DNA of 63,887 nt, filler included, from Lama guanicoe (GCA_013239625.1; 183 parts of 183 records of this genome joined end to end with filler, not necessarily neighbours in it); one strand, 5' to 3'. Shown: positions 25,745 to 39,139, numbered from the whole stretch's first letter. The notes: generated from the sequence alone by a model not told the origin. A program made the numbers and translations.

Positions 25745-26544
25745 NNNNNNNNNNNNNNNNNNNNNNNNNNNNNNNNNNNNNNNNNNNNTTAATTAATTAA
25801 NNNNNNNNNNNNNNNNNNNNNNNNNNNNNNNNNNNNNNNNNNNNGGAAGGGAGGACAAAGAATCGTTGATGTCTAAGTAGAATACAGAAGTAACAAGAGA
25901 AGTAGGGCCTAAAGGCTTCAAATTCCACTAGAAAAGGGACTTGGGAGACTATAGCACGGGGACCAAGTTATGAGAACTCTTCCCACTTCTAGAGCCTTCT
26001 CAACTCCCTTCCCCGTGTGTTTTGACTGGCCTTCCAGCCACCACACGGGGATCCGTCCTGTGGCTACATGTGTCCTGGGTGGGCTGGTGGATATNNNNNN
26101 NNNNNNNNNNNNNNNNNNNNNNNNNNNNNNNNNNNNNNTTAATTAATTAANNNNNNNNNNNNNNNNNNNNNNNNNNNNNNNNNNNNNNNNNNNNATTAGA
26201 AGCATTGAGAATAACAGTAATTATTATTATTTACCATCTTTCCACAGGGCTATTCCGAGAGCCTAGAGAGATCACAAGCGTTAAAAAGCCATGTAAACTC
26301 TAAGGATTTCCTATTTAAAAAGCGCAGCCTTGGACCAGCAGGGACCATCACCCTAGACTGGCAGGGTACATTACCGGGAAATTGGTTAGAAATAGAGAAT
26401 CTAGAGCCTACGCTGGAATCTGAATTCTCACCAGATTCCAGATGNNNNNNNNNNNNNNNNNNNNNNNNNNNNNNNNNNNNNNNNNNNNTTAATTAATTAA
26501 NNNNNNNNNNNNNNNNNNNNNNNNNNNNNNNNNNNNNNNNNNNN

Positions 26545-26794
26545 ATTACACCCCCCAAAATAGGATATACATTCTACTCAAGTGCACATAGAACATTTTC
26601 TAGGATTGATCATGCACTTGTGCATAAAAGAAACTTCAACAATTTTAAGAAGATAGAAATTATCTCAAGCATTTTTACTGACCAGAGTGCCATGAAACTA
26701 GAAACAACAACAGAGAAACAAAAAAAAAAAAATAAAGGAAAGCACAGAGATTAAACAACATGCTATTAAAAAACCAATGGGTCAATGAGGAAAT
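26545..26794 (+). mobile_element. LINE-1 ORF2 endonuclease C-terminal fragment (degenerate)
   Basis: TATACATTCTACTCAAGTGCACATAGAACATTTTCTAGGATTGATCA (YTFYSSAHRTFSRIDH) and TTAAACAACATGCTATTAAAAAACCAATGGGTC (LNNMLLKNQWV). Confidence 0.9.
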
Positions 26795-26894
26795 NNNNNN
26801 NNNNNNNNNNNNNNNNNNNNNNNNNNNNNNNNNNNNNNTTAATTAATTAANNNNNNNNNNNNNNNNNNNNNNNNNNNNNNNNNNNNNNNNNNNN

Positions 26895-27143
26895 GGTGTA
26901 GCCACTATGGAAAACAGTATGGAGATTCCTCAAAAAATAAAAAAAGAACTACTATATAATCCAGCAATTCCGCTCCTCGGTATATATCAAAAGAAAACAA
27001 AAACACTAATTCAAAAAGATACGTGCATCTCAATGTTTATGACAGCATTATTTACAATAACCAAGACAGGGAAGCACACTACATGTCCACTAACACATGA
27101 ATGAATAAAAATGTACTATGATATCTATAAAGGAGTATTATTT
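26895..27143 (+). mobile_element. LINE-1 ORF2 C-terminal fragment
   Basis: MENSMEIPQKIKKELLYNPAIPLLGIYQKKTKTLIQKDTCISMFMTALFTI is a frameshifted L1 ORF2 end. Confidence 0.92.
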
Positions 27144-27593
27144 NNNNNNNNNNNNNNNNNNNNNNNNNNNNNNNNNNNNNNNNNNNNTTAATTAATTAAN
27201 NNNNNNNNNNNNNNNNNNNNNNNNNNNNNNNNNNNNNNNNNNNCAGGGAAGGGAAAGAGTCAGGGACTTATAAAGACAGAAAACCAAGAGGTGGTTAAAA
27301 TGTTGCCTAATGAGAATTATGACTGACTCTAACACACGGTAGGAAATACTTATCCTTAAGGAACTATAAGTTGTTTTAGAGTAGGGGTCCGATAAGTAGA
27401 TAAAGTGTCACAAGTTTCTAGTAGATGTGCTGAATGACTTTATTAGATCAAAAGATCAGATTCCATCCAGGCTGAAACACTTCCTTAATGGACNNNNNNN
27501 NNNNNNNNNNNNNNNNNNNNNNNNNNNNNNNNNNNNNTTAATTAATTAANNNNNNNNNNNNNNNNNNNNNNNNNNNNNNNNNNNNNNNNNNNN

Positions 27594-27842
27594 AAGTATA
27601 GTCAGTTTACAATGTTGTGTTAATTTCTGGTGTAAAGCATAGCAATTCATATATATATATATATATATATAATTTCTTTTCATATACTTCATCATTATAG
27701 GCCATTACAAGGTATTGAAGGATTGAAAGACTGGATAAAGAAGTGTGGTATACATATACAATGGAATACTACTCAGCTATAAAAAAGAATACAATATTGC
27801 CATTTGCAGCAACATGGATGGACCTGGAGATCATCAAAGTAA
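27594..27842. mobile_element. LINE-1 with an inversion junction (antisense 3' tail, then sense upstream piece)
   Basis: An antisense tail (AGTCAGTTTACAATGTTGTG...) with internal (TA)n runs to about 27720. Sense sequence GACTGGATAAAGAAGTGTGG...GCAGCAACATGGATGGACCTGGAG follows. Confidence 0.75.
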
Positions 27843-28292
27843 NNNNNNNNNNNNNNNNNNNNNNNNNNNNNNNNNNNNNNNNNNNNTTAATTAATTAANN
27901 NNNNNNNNNNNNNNNNNNNNNNNNNNNNNNNNNNNNNNNNNNGTAAACCTAAAATCTGAGCAAGATAATTATTTCATTTAAAAATAAATATGTAAACATC
28001 TGAAAAAGATAAATAGAACCAATGAAAGTATGAGAAGCAAAATATAGGTGTAGAAGACCATCTTTATATTTACATATCTCTATAATCATTGTTTGATTAC
28101 TGGTCCTTATTGGCAAAACTGGTCATTTGAAATACACTCAAAGTTCTATTCAGGAACCTTCATTTAACTGACTATTCCAACATTGATTTATTNNNNNNNN
28201 NNNNNNNNNNNNNNNNNNNNNNNNNNNNNNNNNNNNTTAATTAATTAANNNNNNNNNNNNNNNNNNNNNNNNNNNNNNNNNNNNNNNNNNNN

Positions 28293-28892
28293 TTCTCTGT
28301 AAGTTCTGACATGAAAATAGCTTCACAAAGTGAAATGATTAGTTACTAATACATTAATAAATTAGAATTAAAATTAAATACTTAAGTACTCATTTTGATA
28401 GTTCATTTTACATGTTAAATGGGATAGGCTATGGTACCCAGTTGTTTGTTCAAACCTTGTCTAGATGTTGACGCGAAGGTGTTTTCTTAGGTATGATTAA
28501 CTTTCAAATCAGTAGATTTAAAGTAAAATAGTTTATCCTTAANNNNNNNNNNNNNNNNNNNNNNNNNNNNNNNNNNNNNNNNNNNNTTAATTAATTAANN
28601 NNNNNNNNNNNNNNNNNNNNNNNNNNNNNNNNNNNNNNNNNNTTCTCTGTAAGTTCTGACATGAAAATAGCTTCACAAAGTGAAATGATTACTTACTAAT
28701 ACATTAATAAATTAGAATTAAAATTAAATACTTAAATACTCATTTTGATAGTTAATTTTACATGTTAAATGGGATAGGCTATGGTACCCAGTTGTTTGTT
28801 GAAACCTTGTCTAGATGTTGACGCGAAGGTGTTTTCTTAGGTGTGATTAACTTTCAAATCAGTAGATTTAAAGTAAAATAGTTTATCCTTAA
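28293..28892. other. Pair of near-identical contigs (28293-28542 and 28643-28892), assembly bubble arms
   Basis: Same length and same ends, 5 substitutions, and 49 identical bp at each end. Confidence 0.93.
28394..28542 (+). mobile_element. MLT2-type (ERVL) LTR 5' end; second copy at 28744-28892
   Basis: AGGCTATGGTACCCAGTTGTTTGTTCAAAC...TCTAGATGTTG...GAAGGTG...TGATTAAC...AAATCAGTAGA matches the recalled MLT2C start. Confidence 0.7.
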
Positions 28893-30042
28893 NNNNNNNN
28901 NNNNNNNNNNNNNNNNNNNNNNNNNNNNNNNNNNNNTTAATTAATTAANNNNNNNNNNNNNNNNNNNNNNNNNNNNNNNNNNNNNNNNNNNNGATGACAT
29001 GATTTGCTACCTCACGTCTGAGGTAAACCTATTCCCTGACACTGACATTACCTGCTATCCCCATATTCTATTTCTCAAGACAGTAACAAAACTTTAAAAA
29101 ATATATCCACAGAATTAATGGGAATACAAATAATTCTTAACTTTACCATTTTCTTCATCTTTTAAAAACCTGGGCTTTTTCCTTTGAACTTTTGTGAAAA
29201 TTCCCAAACTCTGACCCCTTTTGTTCCTTCCTCATTTACCGTNNNNNNNNNNNNNNNNNNNNNNNNNNNNNNNNNNNNNNNNNNNNTTAATTAATTAANN
29301 NNNNNNNNNNNNNNNNNNNNNNNNNNNNNNNNNNNNNNNNNNCTCTCTGGGGCCTCAGTTTTTCCATCTGTAAAATAAGCAGGTTGATAACATTGATGTC
29401 CAGTGTCCCATCCCAGTTCTGAGGTAGTGTGATTCTGGCCAGTCCTGTATTCATAGTGAGCATGTGTTCATCAGAAGCACAGCAGACACCGGAACTATGC
29501 AAATGGAAACATCTTCCCCGTTAAATTGCACTGGGTCCTGCATGCGGGAAGCCAACTTCTGTGAGTCCTACTTCTCAGAAAACTTTTTAAATNNNNNNNN
29601 NNNNNNNNNNNNNNNNNNNNNNNNNNNNNNNNNNNNTTAATTAATTAANNNNNNNNNNNNNNNNNNNNNNNNNNNNNNNNNNNNNNNNNNNNTTGGTCAA
29701 CTAGGAAGAGCCGGTACTGAGGTGGCAGGAGACTGAGCAGGAACAGGTGGAAGGGCTGCCCGCAGCTCCGGGTCTGCGGCACCAGTGCAGTCCGGGTCCG
29801 TGTCAGTGGTGGTGACAGCCCGCAGCCGTGGAGCTGCGGGTGATGCTGGCCAAGGCAGTGGCTGAGGGCTGGTGACAAAAGGCTGAGGCTGTCGATCTGC
29901 TTTACCAGTCGGGCTTTGTGGGTGCGGCAGGAGACCCTGACTNNNNNNNNNNNNNNNNNNNNNNNNNNNNNNNNNNNNNNNNNNNNTTAATTAATTAANN
30001 NNNNNNNNNNNNNNNNNNNNNNNNNNNNNNNNNNNNNNNNNN

Positions 30043-30292
30043 AAAAAAAAAAGGACACTATGAACTCACCTACAAAACAGAAATAGACTCAGTAAATAAT
30101 CTTATGGTTACTGGGGAAAGGGTGTGGGAGGGGATAAATCTGGGAGTTTGGTATTTACAAATGTTAGCCATTATATATAAAATTAGATTATAAAAAAAGT
30201 TTCTTTTGTATAGCACAGAGAACTATGCTCAATATCTTGTAATAATCTTTAATAGAAAAAATATGAAAATGAATATATGTATGTATATGCAA
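30043..30292 (+). mobile_element. LINE-1 3'UTR fragment
   Basis: TGAACTCACCTACAAAACAGAAATAGACTC...CTTATGGTTAC...GTATAGCACAGAGAACTATGCTCAATATCTTGTAATAA. Confidence 0.88.
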
Positions 30293-33190
30293 NNNNNNNN
30301 NNNNNNNNNNNNNNNNNNNNNNNNNNNNNNNNNNNNTTAATTAATTAANNNNNNNNNNNNNNNNNNNNNNNNNNNNNNNNNNNNNNNNNNNNAGAAAATG
30401 GAAGTAGGATTAAATAAATTGTTTAAATTAAAATGAATCAAGTTAAGTGATCCATGTGAAACACTCAGCACTGTGCTTGGCCCTTAGTAAGCACTGACAA
30501 GACGTTGGCTGGTATTCATGGGTTTTGTCATTAATGATGTTGTTGTGAAAAGATAATCACTGAGACCTACTCTGGGCAAGGCACTGCAAAAATAAAAAAA
30601 AATTTTTTTGAAAGGGGAAAACAAGCTTCCCTGATGACAAGTNNNNNNNNNNNNNNNNNNNNNNNNNNNNNNNNNNNNNNNNNNNNTTAATTAATTAANN
30701 NNNNNNNNNNNNNNNNNNNNNNNNNNNNNNNNNNNNNNNNNNATATGACTTTCATAAAGCAAGTGAGATGTGTTCCTGATCTTCTAATGTCAATTTTCTG
30801 AGGTCGTGCCCCTAGAGTTGTCTTTACCTCCAAGGCAGTGAAAAGTGACAGATTTTTTATAAGAACATTAATTACATTGGGCTTATTGTATTTTAATTTT
30901 ACTACCACTTATTAAATATTTATGTACCAAAGTGCCATACACTTTCTAAGTATTGTAATTAGTCCAAACAATATCTCCAGAAGGTAAAAATTNNNNNNNN
31001 NNNNNNNNNNNNNNNNNNNNNNNNNNNNNNNNNNNNTTAATTAATTAANNNNNNNNNNNNNNNNNNNNNNNNNNNNNNNNNNNNNNNNNNNNTCCATTGT
31101 CTGCACACAGCGCAGCGTGTTCATTCTAGTGTGAAGACTTTCGAGCTGTCTCCTGATGAGACTGTTGTAACCCACACTTATGAAAGTTCCCTGGTTTGCA
31201 CACGTTTCTGGTGGGTGGGTTTTGCCTAGGGATGGAATTGCTCTGTCAAAAAAGAAATTTTCTCACGTTCATGAGGAACTGCTTGTTTTTCAAAATGTTC
31301 CTGTCTGGTCATCCAGTTTTTCCTCGAACGGCTTTTAACTTANNNNNNNNNNNNNNNNNNNNNNNNNNNNNNNNNNNNNNNNNNNNTTAATTAATTAANN
31401 NNNNNNNNNNNNNNNNNNNNNNNNNNNNNNNNNNNNNNNNNNTTTGTGTTCCCTTCAAGCTATGAGAAAACTGGCTTTCACACACACTTATATCTCAAAA
31501 ATGAGCATCTGGAGAGACGTTCATTCATCAGGCAAAAAGGGAACGGGTTACAGGATAAACACTTACTCTGGTTTCACAGTCTCTTTCCCAGTGCCGGTAT
31601 GAAGTGGCTGCCGTTTTCACTGTAAAGCCGAGTTGGAGCTGGTACCTCCCAATATATATGTATGGAGTGGAGTTTGCAACTGAAAAGAAANNNNNNNNNN
31701 NNNNNNNNNNNNNNNNNNNNNNNNNNNNNNNNNNTTAATTAATTAANNNNNNNNNNNNNNNNNNNNNNNNNNNNNNNNNNNNNNNNNNNNAGAAAAGAAG
31801 TGTTGGCAATGTTTTAGACAGAATACCAATGACATCAGTCGATACAGTGTTTTCCATTGCAGTCACAAGTTCTGGAACAACCAGGGCTACAACTGACCAG
31901 TTCAATCAGGAGAAACAATTAATCAGTTGGTAATAATCCACTGTAAAGCTCCAGCTCCCAGTAGTTCTCGTCACTGGCCATACAGTAACAATTATATTGA
32001 GATGTTGCATCTTTTACTCACCCTGCTGCCTTTAAGTTTTNNNNNNNNNNNNNNNNNNNNNNNNNNNNNNNNNNNNNNNNNNNNTTAATTAATTAANNNN
32101 NNNNNNNNNNNNNNNNNNNNNNNNNNNNNNNNNNNNNNNNGCATGGGGTGACGGAGGCGGGAAGGAGAGGTGGTATCCGAGTGTTCTGCGGGAGGTGGGG
32201 TCAGCAAGACGGGGCTGTTACTTGTGTGAGGTGGTCTGTGGATGAAAAGAACTCTACTGTGACTCCCAGAGCCTTGATTCTGATTGCCTCGGTGGGAGAC
32301 AGTGGCATTCGCTGTGGGAGAATACATAAGTGGAGCTTCTATTTTGGGGGGAATTGAGCTTTGTTGTCTTTAGTTTGCAGAATCCGTGCGNNNNNNNNNN
32401 NNNNNNNNNNNNNNNNNNNNNNNNNNNNNNNNNNTTAATTAATTAANNNNNNNNNNNNNNNNNNNNNNNNNNNNNNNNNNNNNNNNNNNNTACAGCGTGA
32501 AGATACGCCTTTACGTTATTTTATGAAAGCCTTTGGTTTTGCCTCTTACACTTGCGTCCCAGCCTGTGGACTGCTGGTTTTGTCTGTGGGGTGAGGGGAA
32601 ACCCCACACTTTCTTCTTCTTCCCTCTGTGGCCCTTTCTTCCTGTGCCCACGTCATGCTCTTATCATCTTACAACTGTCTGTGCCTCCACTTCCCAGTTC
32701 ATGCTGCATTCTAGCTCACTCTGGTGACTGTATGTTCAATNNNNNNNNNNNNNNNNNNNNNNNNNNNNNNNNNNNNNNNNNNNNTTAATTAATTAANNNN
32801 NNNNNNNNNNNNNNNNNNNNNNNNNNNNNNNNNNNNNNNNCTGGGAGATCTCAAGGTGAACGCTAAGTCACCATCAACCACAGTTCAATAAAAAAGAAAA
32901 AGGAAAAAGCCTGTCACTAGATTCTGAGCCGTGAATCTAGGAGGGTGCTGGGGCAAGATAATCGGAAACTTCCTTCCAGGAATGAGTGAGTGTGCTGTGA
33001 AGTTATGACTCGCATGAAAGATGAGCTCTCAAAAAAATTATGAAGCACACGAGGAAATCCAGTTTCAGGAAGATCATGAACAAATCCAAGNNNNNNNNNN
33101 NNNNNNNNNNNNNNNNNNNNNNNNNNNNNNNNNNTTAATTAATTAANNNNNNNNNNNNNNNNNNNNNNNNNNNNNNNNNNNNNNNNNNNN

Positions 33191-33440
33191 GTCATCAGTT
33201 GGCAGTCCGGGCCTGGGGAGGGGAGGAAAGGGGTGCTGAGCCTCGGGCCCCAGGGTCACGAAGGGAAGGGGCCCTCGGGGTCGGAGTCCGCCCAGACTGG
33301 CCCACGGAGCGTCCAGGATTCCAGGAAACTTCGGGGGCACTGACAGAGCCCCACCCGTGAGAAGTAACGTGGGCGGCATCGGACCGGATGCCACCGGCGG
33401 ACATCCAAGGGCGCGGGGCTCCGGGCTCACTCACCGAACA
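33191..33440 (-). promoter_or_regulatory. CpG-rich fragment with a 5' splice site (TCG|GTGAGT) at 33435/33434, likely the start of a first intron
   Basis: High CpG content. The minus strand begins TGTTCG|GTGAGTGAGCCCGG. The gene was not identified. Confidence 0.4.
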
Positions 33441-34589
33441 NNNNNNNNNNNNNNNNNNNNNNNNNNNNNNNNNNNNNNNNNNNNTTAATTAATTAANNNN
33501 NNNNNNNNNNNNNNNNNNNNNNNNNNNNNNNNNNNNNNNNTGAAGTCAGATACTGAATCTTAAAAAGGTATTTTCATTTCCTGCTAGAGGGGATTAGTGA
33601 AAAATTATCAGCTTGAATTGAATAATACATTCACTTGTGGAAATGTACATTAGAAGGAAAAATGTGTGCATTTGTTTGACAGGCATACAGAGGCTCTTAT
33701 GTGCCACATGGTTTCTTGTGTTAAACCAGTGGAAACCTGTCCATGTTCATGTATAACTGAAAAATTGTGCTCTACACTGGAAAGTGATGNNNNNNNNNNN
33801 NNNNNNNNNNNNNNNNNNNNNNNNNNNNNNNNNTTAATTAATTAANNNNNNNNNNNNNNNNNNNNNNNNNNNNNNNNNNNNNNNNNNNNCGCGTGCCAAA
33901 GCTGCCGAGCTCCTGCCTGCACCCTTGCAAGCACCTCACACCACACCCCTACCCGCCCCCTGCCACACCAGCCTGGTTGACCTGAAGTTCTTAAGCACTG
34001 CTGTCTTTCAGCCTGGAACAATTTTCTAAAAAAGTCTCTCAAAGAGGAGGTTAAGGAGGGCAGCCATTTACTTCCGCCATGCCCTGACTGTGCCCCAGGG
34101 TAGCACGTACCACATTGCATTTTATGCTGGTTGTAATCANNNNNNNNNNNNNNNNNNNNNNNNNNNNNNNNNNNNNNNNNNNNTTAATTAATTAANNNNN
34201 NNNNNNNNNNNNNNNNNNNNNNNNNNNNNNNNNNNNNNNGCAGACAGGCATCTTTAGCTATCTAATCTAAAGCCAATATTCTCCCCCAAATAAACTATTA
34301 AAAAAATAAATGAAGCCACTAGTGGGGAAATAACTAGACAGCCATTTGAAAAGAGGTCATATTGCATATAATAAAGTTCAGATGGAGAGTTGTATGACTC
34401 TCCCAGCTTGATTTATAGGGAAATGAGGTCGGACTCATTAGGATGGAAGGTACATTGTTCGGTCCCCTAGGAGGGAGGGCAGGGACTTCNNNNNNNNNNN
34501 NNNNNNNNNNNNNNNNNNNNNNNNNNNNNNNNNTTAATTAATTAANNNNNNNNNNNNNNNNNNNNNNNNNNNNNNNNNNNNNNNNNNNN

Positions 34590-34839
34590 AGTTTTGCCAA
34601 TGGTTCCACCACTAACGTCCTTTTTCTGGTCCAGGATCTAATCGAGGATCACAAAGTGCATTAAGTTGTCACATCTCCTTAATTTCCTCCAATCTGGGAC
34701 ATTTCCTCAGCCTTTCTTTGCCTTTCATACAGTGACACTTTTGAAAATTACTGAAAAATTATTTTGTAGAATGTCTCTCAATTTGGGTTTGTCTGAGGCT
34801 TCCTCATGATTCTGAGTTTTCAGCAAGAATACCACAGAT
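34590..34839 (-). mobile_element. Old LINE-1 (L1MC-like) fragment
   Basis: CTGGTCCAGGATCTAATCGAGGATCAC...GTTGTCACATCTCCTTAAT...TTTTGTAGAATGTCTCTCAATTTGGGTTTGTCTGA. Confidence 0.75.
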
Positions 34840-35399
34840 NNNNNNNNNNNNNNNNNNNNNNNNNNNNNNNNNNNNNNNNNNNNTTAATTAATTAANNNNN
34901 NNNNNNNNNNNNNNNNNNNNNNNNNNNNNNNNNNNNNNNCCCATCCATTTCCTTACAGTCCCCTTTGAAGGCTGACTTCCATTACCTCCGTGGGATGGGA
35001 CACTTCGCCACAAGCAACCGTAGCTCTTTAAGATGTGATTCTGGTGGTGTATGTGTCGGTGGGGTGGGGCTGGGGGGAGGTGCACTTGTTCTTTAGCTGA
35101 GGACATATCAGCATCTCTTGGAGAAAGGAAATTTGTCATATTTGGAAAAGAAACCCAGGCAGTCCCATCACTATCCCCTTGCCCCCCTANNNNNNNNNNN
35201 NNNNNNNNNNNNNNNNNNNNNNNNNNNNNNNNNTTAATTAATTAANNNNNNNNNNNNNNNNNNNNNNNNNNNNNNNNNNNNNNNNNNNNAAAGATGCAAA
35301 CATAATTTCATATAATTTAGGAAGTGTAGCAATAAAGATATGGAATTTATATAAAGTGTTCTAAACTTATATATAAATTTATATAATTCTTAACAGGGT

Positions 35400-35539
35400 G
35401 TACTGTTCTACACCCTGGACATATATTAACTCATTTAATCCATGTAACAACCTTATTAGAGGATTAGATATACTACTATCCCTATTGTACAAATGTGAAA
35501 ACAGAGGTATTAAAAGTTTAAGTAAATTTCCCAAGTTCA
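35400..35539 (-). mobile_element. MIR SINE fragment (similar pieces near 5410, 9540, 15010, 18160, 29343, 30440, 63850)
   Basis: ATATTAACTCATTTAATCCATGTAACAACCTTATTAG...TACAAATGTGAAAACAGAGG...AAGTAAATTTCCCAAGTTCA resembles the MIR core. Confidence 0.7.
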
Positions 35540-36399
35540 NNNNNNNNNNNNNNNNNNNNNNNNNNNNNNNNNNNNNNNNNNNNTTAATTAATTAANNNNN
35601 NNNNNNNNNNNNNNNNNNNNNNNNNNNNNNNNNNNNNNNACTGGAACAGGTCAGTCTTTTGCTCAGCTTACACCAATGCTATTATTCCTAAAACATCAAG
35701 AAAATGATGTGGTTGGGGCTTTTAGCATCCTTTGCTGACTCCTCGAGTGACATGAAGATTCAGTGAGATGATGTACGTGGGGGCCGTTGATGGTTATCAC
35801 TCTTAGCAAAAAGAAACTATAAAACCATGTAACCCCCTATTATAATGAAACAACATTTCTTTGTGTGTTGCACTGACATTTCTAAACTGNNNNNNNNNNN
35901 NNNNNNNNNNNNNNNNNNNNNNNNNNNNNNNNNTTAATTAATTAANNNNNNNNNNNNNNNNNNNNNNNNNNNNNNNNNNNNNNNNNNNNATTAGCACAAA
36001 ATTATCATCACTGAGTAATCCAGTAGGTTCAATAACACTCAACAGTCCATTTAGCCACATTTGTAAAACCCAGAGGTAAATATCCATTTGGCTCCTATGA
36101 TACGAGATACCTACACCAATGGACTCTCTCTGAACATTTGATAAAAATAGTGTCATTGTATCATTTGCTCGATCTGGTCAGGAGTTCCTCACTGACCGGT
36201 CACTTCGGCCACAGAACATAATGCACGAGCTGGCTGACCNNNNNNNNNNNNNNNNNNNNNNNNNNNNNNNNNNNNNNNNNNNNTTAATTAATTAANNNNN
36301 NNNNNNNNNNNNNNNNNNNNNNNNNNNNNNNNNNNNNNNTCACCTGCAATAGCGGTCTCAGATTGGAATGCAGTTTGGGTGCCATTTTAAGAAGTTAAA

Positions 36400-36589
36400 G
36401 AAAGAAAATATCCGCAAACGATGTGACTAACAAATGCTTAATTTCCAGACTACACAAACAGCTCCTACAACTCAGTAACAAAAACCCCACAAACAACCCA
36501 AGCACAAAACGGGCAGAAGACCTGAACAGACATTTCTCCGGTGAAGACATCCAGATGGCCAACAGGCACATGAAAAGATGCTCAACATT
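36400..36589 (+). mobile_element. LINE-1 ORF2 fragment beginning mid-contig (probable 5'-truncation junction)
   Basis: Translation ...[12 protein letters not shown]...[25 protein letters not shown] is L1 ORF2p. Confidence 0.9.
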
Positions 36590-39139
36590 NNNNNNNNNNN
36601 NNNNNNNNNNNNNNNNNNNNNNNNNNNNNNNNNTTAATTAATTAANNNNNNNNNNNNNNNNNNNNNNNNNNNNNNNNNNNNNNNNNNNNATTCCTTTTAT
36701 TGCCCTTCTGTGCTGATTCTGACATCTGAGTTAGTGTCCACTGACTGTCCGCGGGGTGGGTCCTGTTTCTGCCTCTTTGCTGGCTGGTCGTCTCTAGCTG
36801 CTGGCTTCACGTCCTTGTGTGCTGGGCACCTTACCGTCCTCCCAGTCTGCCTCAGCTTAGTTACGAGATGGAGCTGAGTTACTTTCATCACTTTCGTTTT
36901 TGTTTTTCTTCTGCTCATGTGCTCGGGTAGGACAGGGGCNNNNNNNNNNNNNNNNNNNNNNNNNNNNNNNNNNNNNNNNNNNNTTAATTAATTAANNNNN
37001 NNNNNNNNNNNNNNNNNNNNNNNNNNNNNNNNNNNNNNNATTAACAAATTTAACTTGTCTGATACTTTCAGTGGAAGAACCTAACATCATCCTGGTACTG
37101 CTTGTGAGCGAGACGGCTTTGGACAAGAAGAGAAGAGGCTCACTCTTTACGTTTCTCCCTGTTTGTATCGCTCCAAGGACAAGGAGAGCTGTTACTGTCA
37201 GGGTCTCACCTGTTGACAGAGAGACAGCCCACGACCGTTAGGAGGGTTGTGCCCACCACGTCTGCTGGCCTCCCATCTGATTGGTAGGGNNNNNNNNNNN
37301 NNNNNNNNNNNNNNNNNNNNNNNNNNNNNNNNNTTAATTAATTAANNNNNNNNNNNNNNNNNNNNNNNNNNNNNNNNNNNNNNNNNNNNAATAAATAAAT
37401 TGCTGCTATTTGAAAGTATTAATGTCAAAATGAAGTAATTATTTCTCTCTTTATGAAAAGCAGCTTATCCGAGCTGAAGACAAAGACAGCTAATACTACA
37501 ATTAACATTTACAGAGCACCTCTTTCTTATATTGAACCTCATGATATTACTTTAGTGTCCTTTCCATCTTGTATAGAAATTGTACATTATATATGAAAAT
37601 TATTAGTGCCCAGTATTTGAAACCACCCTTCCAGATTCTNNNNNNNNNNNNNNNNNNNNNNNNNNNNNNNNNNNNNNNNNNNNTTAATTAATTAANNNNN
37701 NNNNNNNNNNNNNNNNNNNNNNNNNNNNNNNNNNNNNNNAATCAGAAATCATTATATTTTACTGAACAGGTTCAAAACACTGAAACTTCGAAGATTTATA
37801 AATGGGTAATATTTCTTTCTGGATTTGTTTCTAGATTTAAATATTTTGATAGGTTACATAACATTTTCAGTAAAAACAAAATCATAATGATGAAAACATT
37901 TTTAATATCGTTTTTGTAAAATGTCCTTCCCATATCAGAAATTTCTATTCCAAAATACCTATTTTCTCTCTCATTGTTTAGTCACATTTNNNNNNNNNNN
38001 NNNNNNNNNNNNNNNNNNNNNNNNNNNNNNNNNTTAATTAATTAANNNNNNNNNNNNNNNNNNNNNNNNNNNNNNNNNNNNNNNNNNNNTGGTCTAATTC
38101 ACAGGGGGTCAAGCCATCCGACAAGAAGGTCCTCCATGCACCTTCTCTGTATATGATTGTATCCACATCACACACTATAATCACTTTAGGAAAAGGTTGT
38201 CCAGTTTTACATCCCTTATGTTTCCTTTCCACGTTAATTTTTTTACAACACAAACAGGCCAAACATTCCGCAAGTCTTCAAGTTCTGGTTCTTTTTCACC
38301 TAACGATTTCTTCCTCACTTTCCCTCCTCTTGCATTTTANNNNNNNNNNNNNNNNNNNNNNNNNNNNNNNNNNNNNNNNNNNNTTAATTAATTAANNNNN
38401 NNNNNNNNNNNNNNNNNNNNNNNNNNNNNNNNNNNNNNNCCCTGCGCAGAGGCAGGTGGGGACAGGGTGGGGGTCACTGTTGGGGTACCACTTCCTGGCT
38501 GGTGGGACCAGGAGGAACTGCCCTTGGCCACATCCTCCTGGCACCCTCTGGGAAGGATGAATCCTTTCGGACTCCTGGCACCTGCAGTAGGCAGGGTCTT
38601 GTGGGACTCCCAAGGTGACCCGAGGTGACACCAGAGAGCCACCCCCACACCCCAAGCCTTGAACACACCCCTGGCCTGGCCCTGCCCCCNNNNNNNNNNN
38701 NNNNNNNNNNNNNNNNNNNNNNNNNNNNNNNNNTTAATTAATTAANNNNNNNNNNNNNNNNNNNNNNNNNNNNNNNNNNNNNNNNNNNNGTGTTCTCTCC
38801 TTAGCTGAGTTTTGCTTGTATAGAACCTGTGAGCTTGCACGTACCCCAAACCCCACAGGTGTACATGGAAAGGATTTTTCCTAGGTCTTTTAAGGCTCTT
38901 TCCACAGTCTTAAAATTCTGCCTTCTACATTGTTTTTAAATAATTCATTATTCAGATTTTAGGTGCTCAGAAGAAATTTCCCATTGGGCTAGTGCTAAAA
39001 TGTTGAAGTGTATGATTTTATCGTTAAAATTGCGAATTCNNNNNNNNNNNNNNNNNNNNNNNNNNNNNNNNNNNNNNNNNNNNTTAATTAATTAANNNNN
39101 NNNNNNNNNNNNNNNNNNNNNNNNNNNNNNNNNNNNNNN

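Noticed and set aside
31560..31625. Possible TRAJ segment or micro-exon on the minus strand (ends GTGAAACCAGA|GTAAGT)
   Set aside because: There is no FGXG motif, no convincing RSS heptamer or nonamer, and only a weak polypyrimidine tract.
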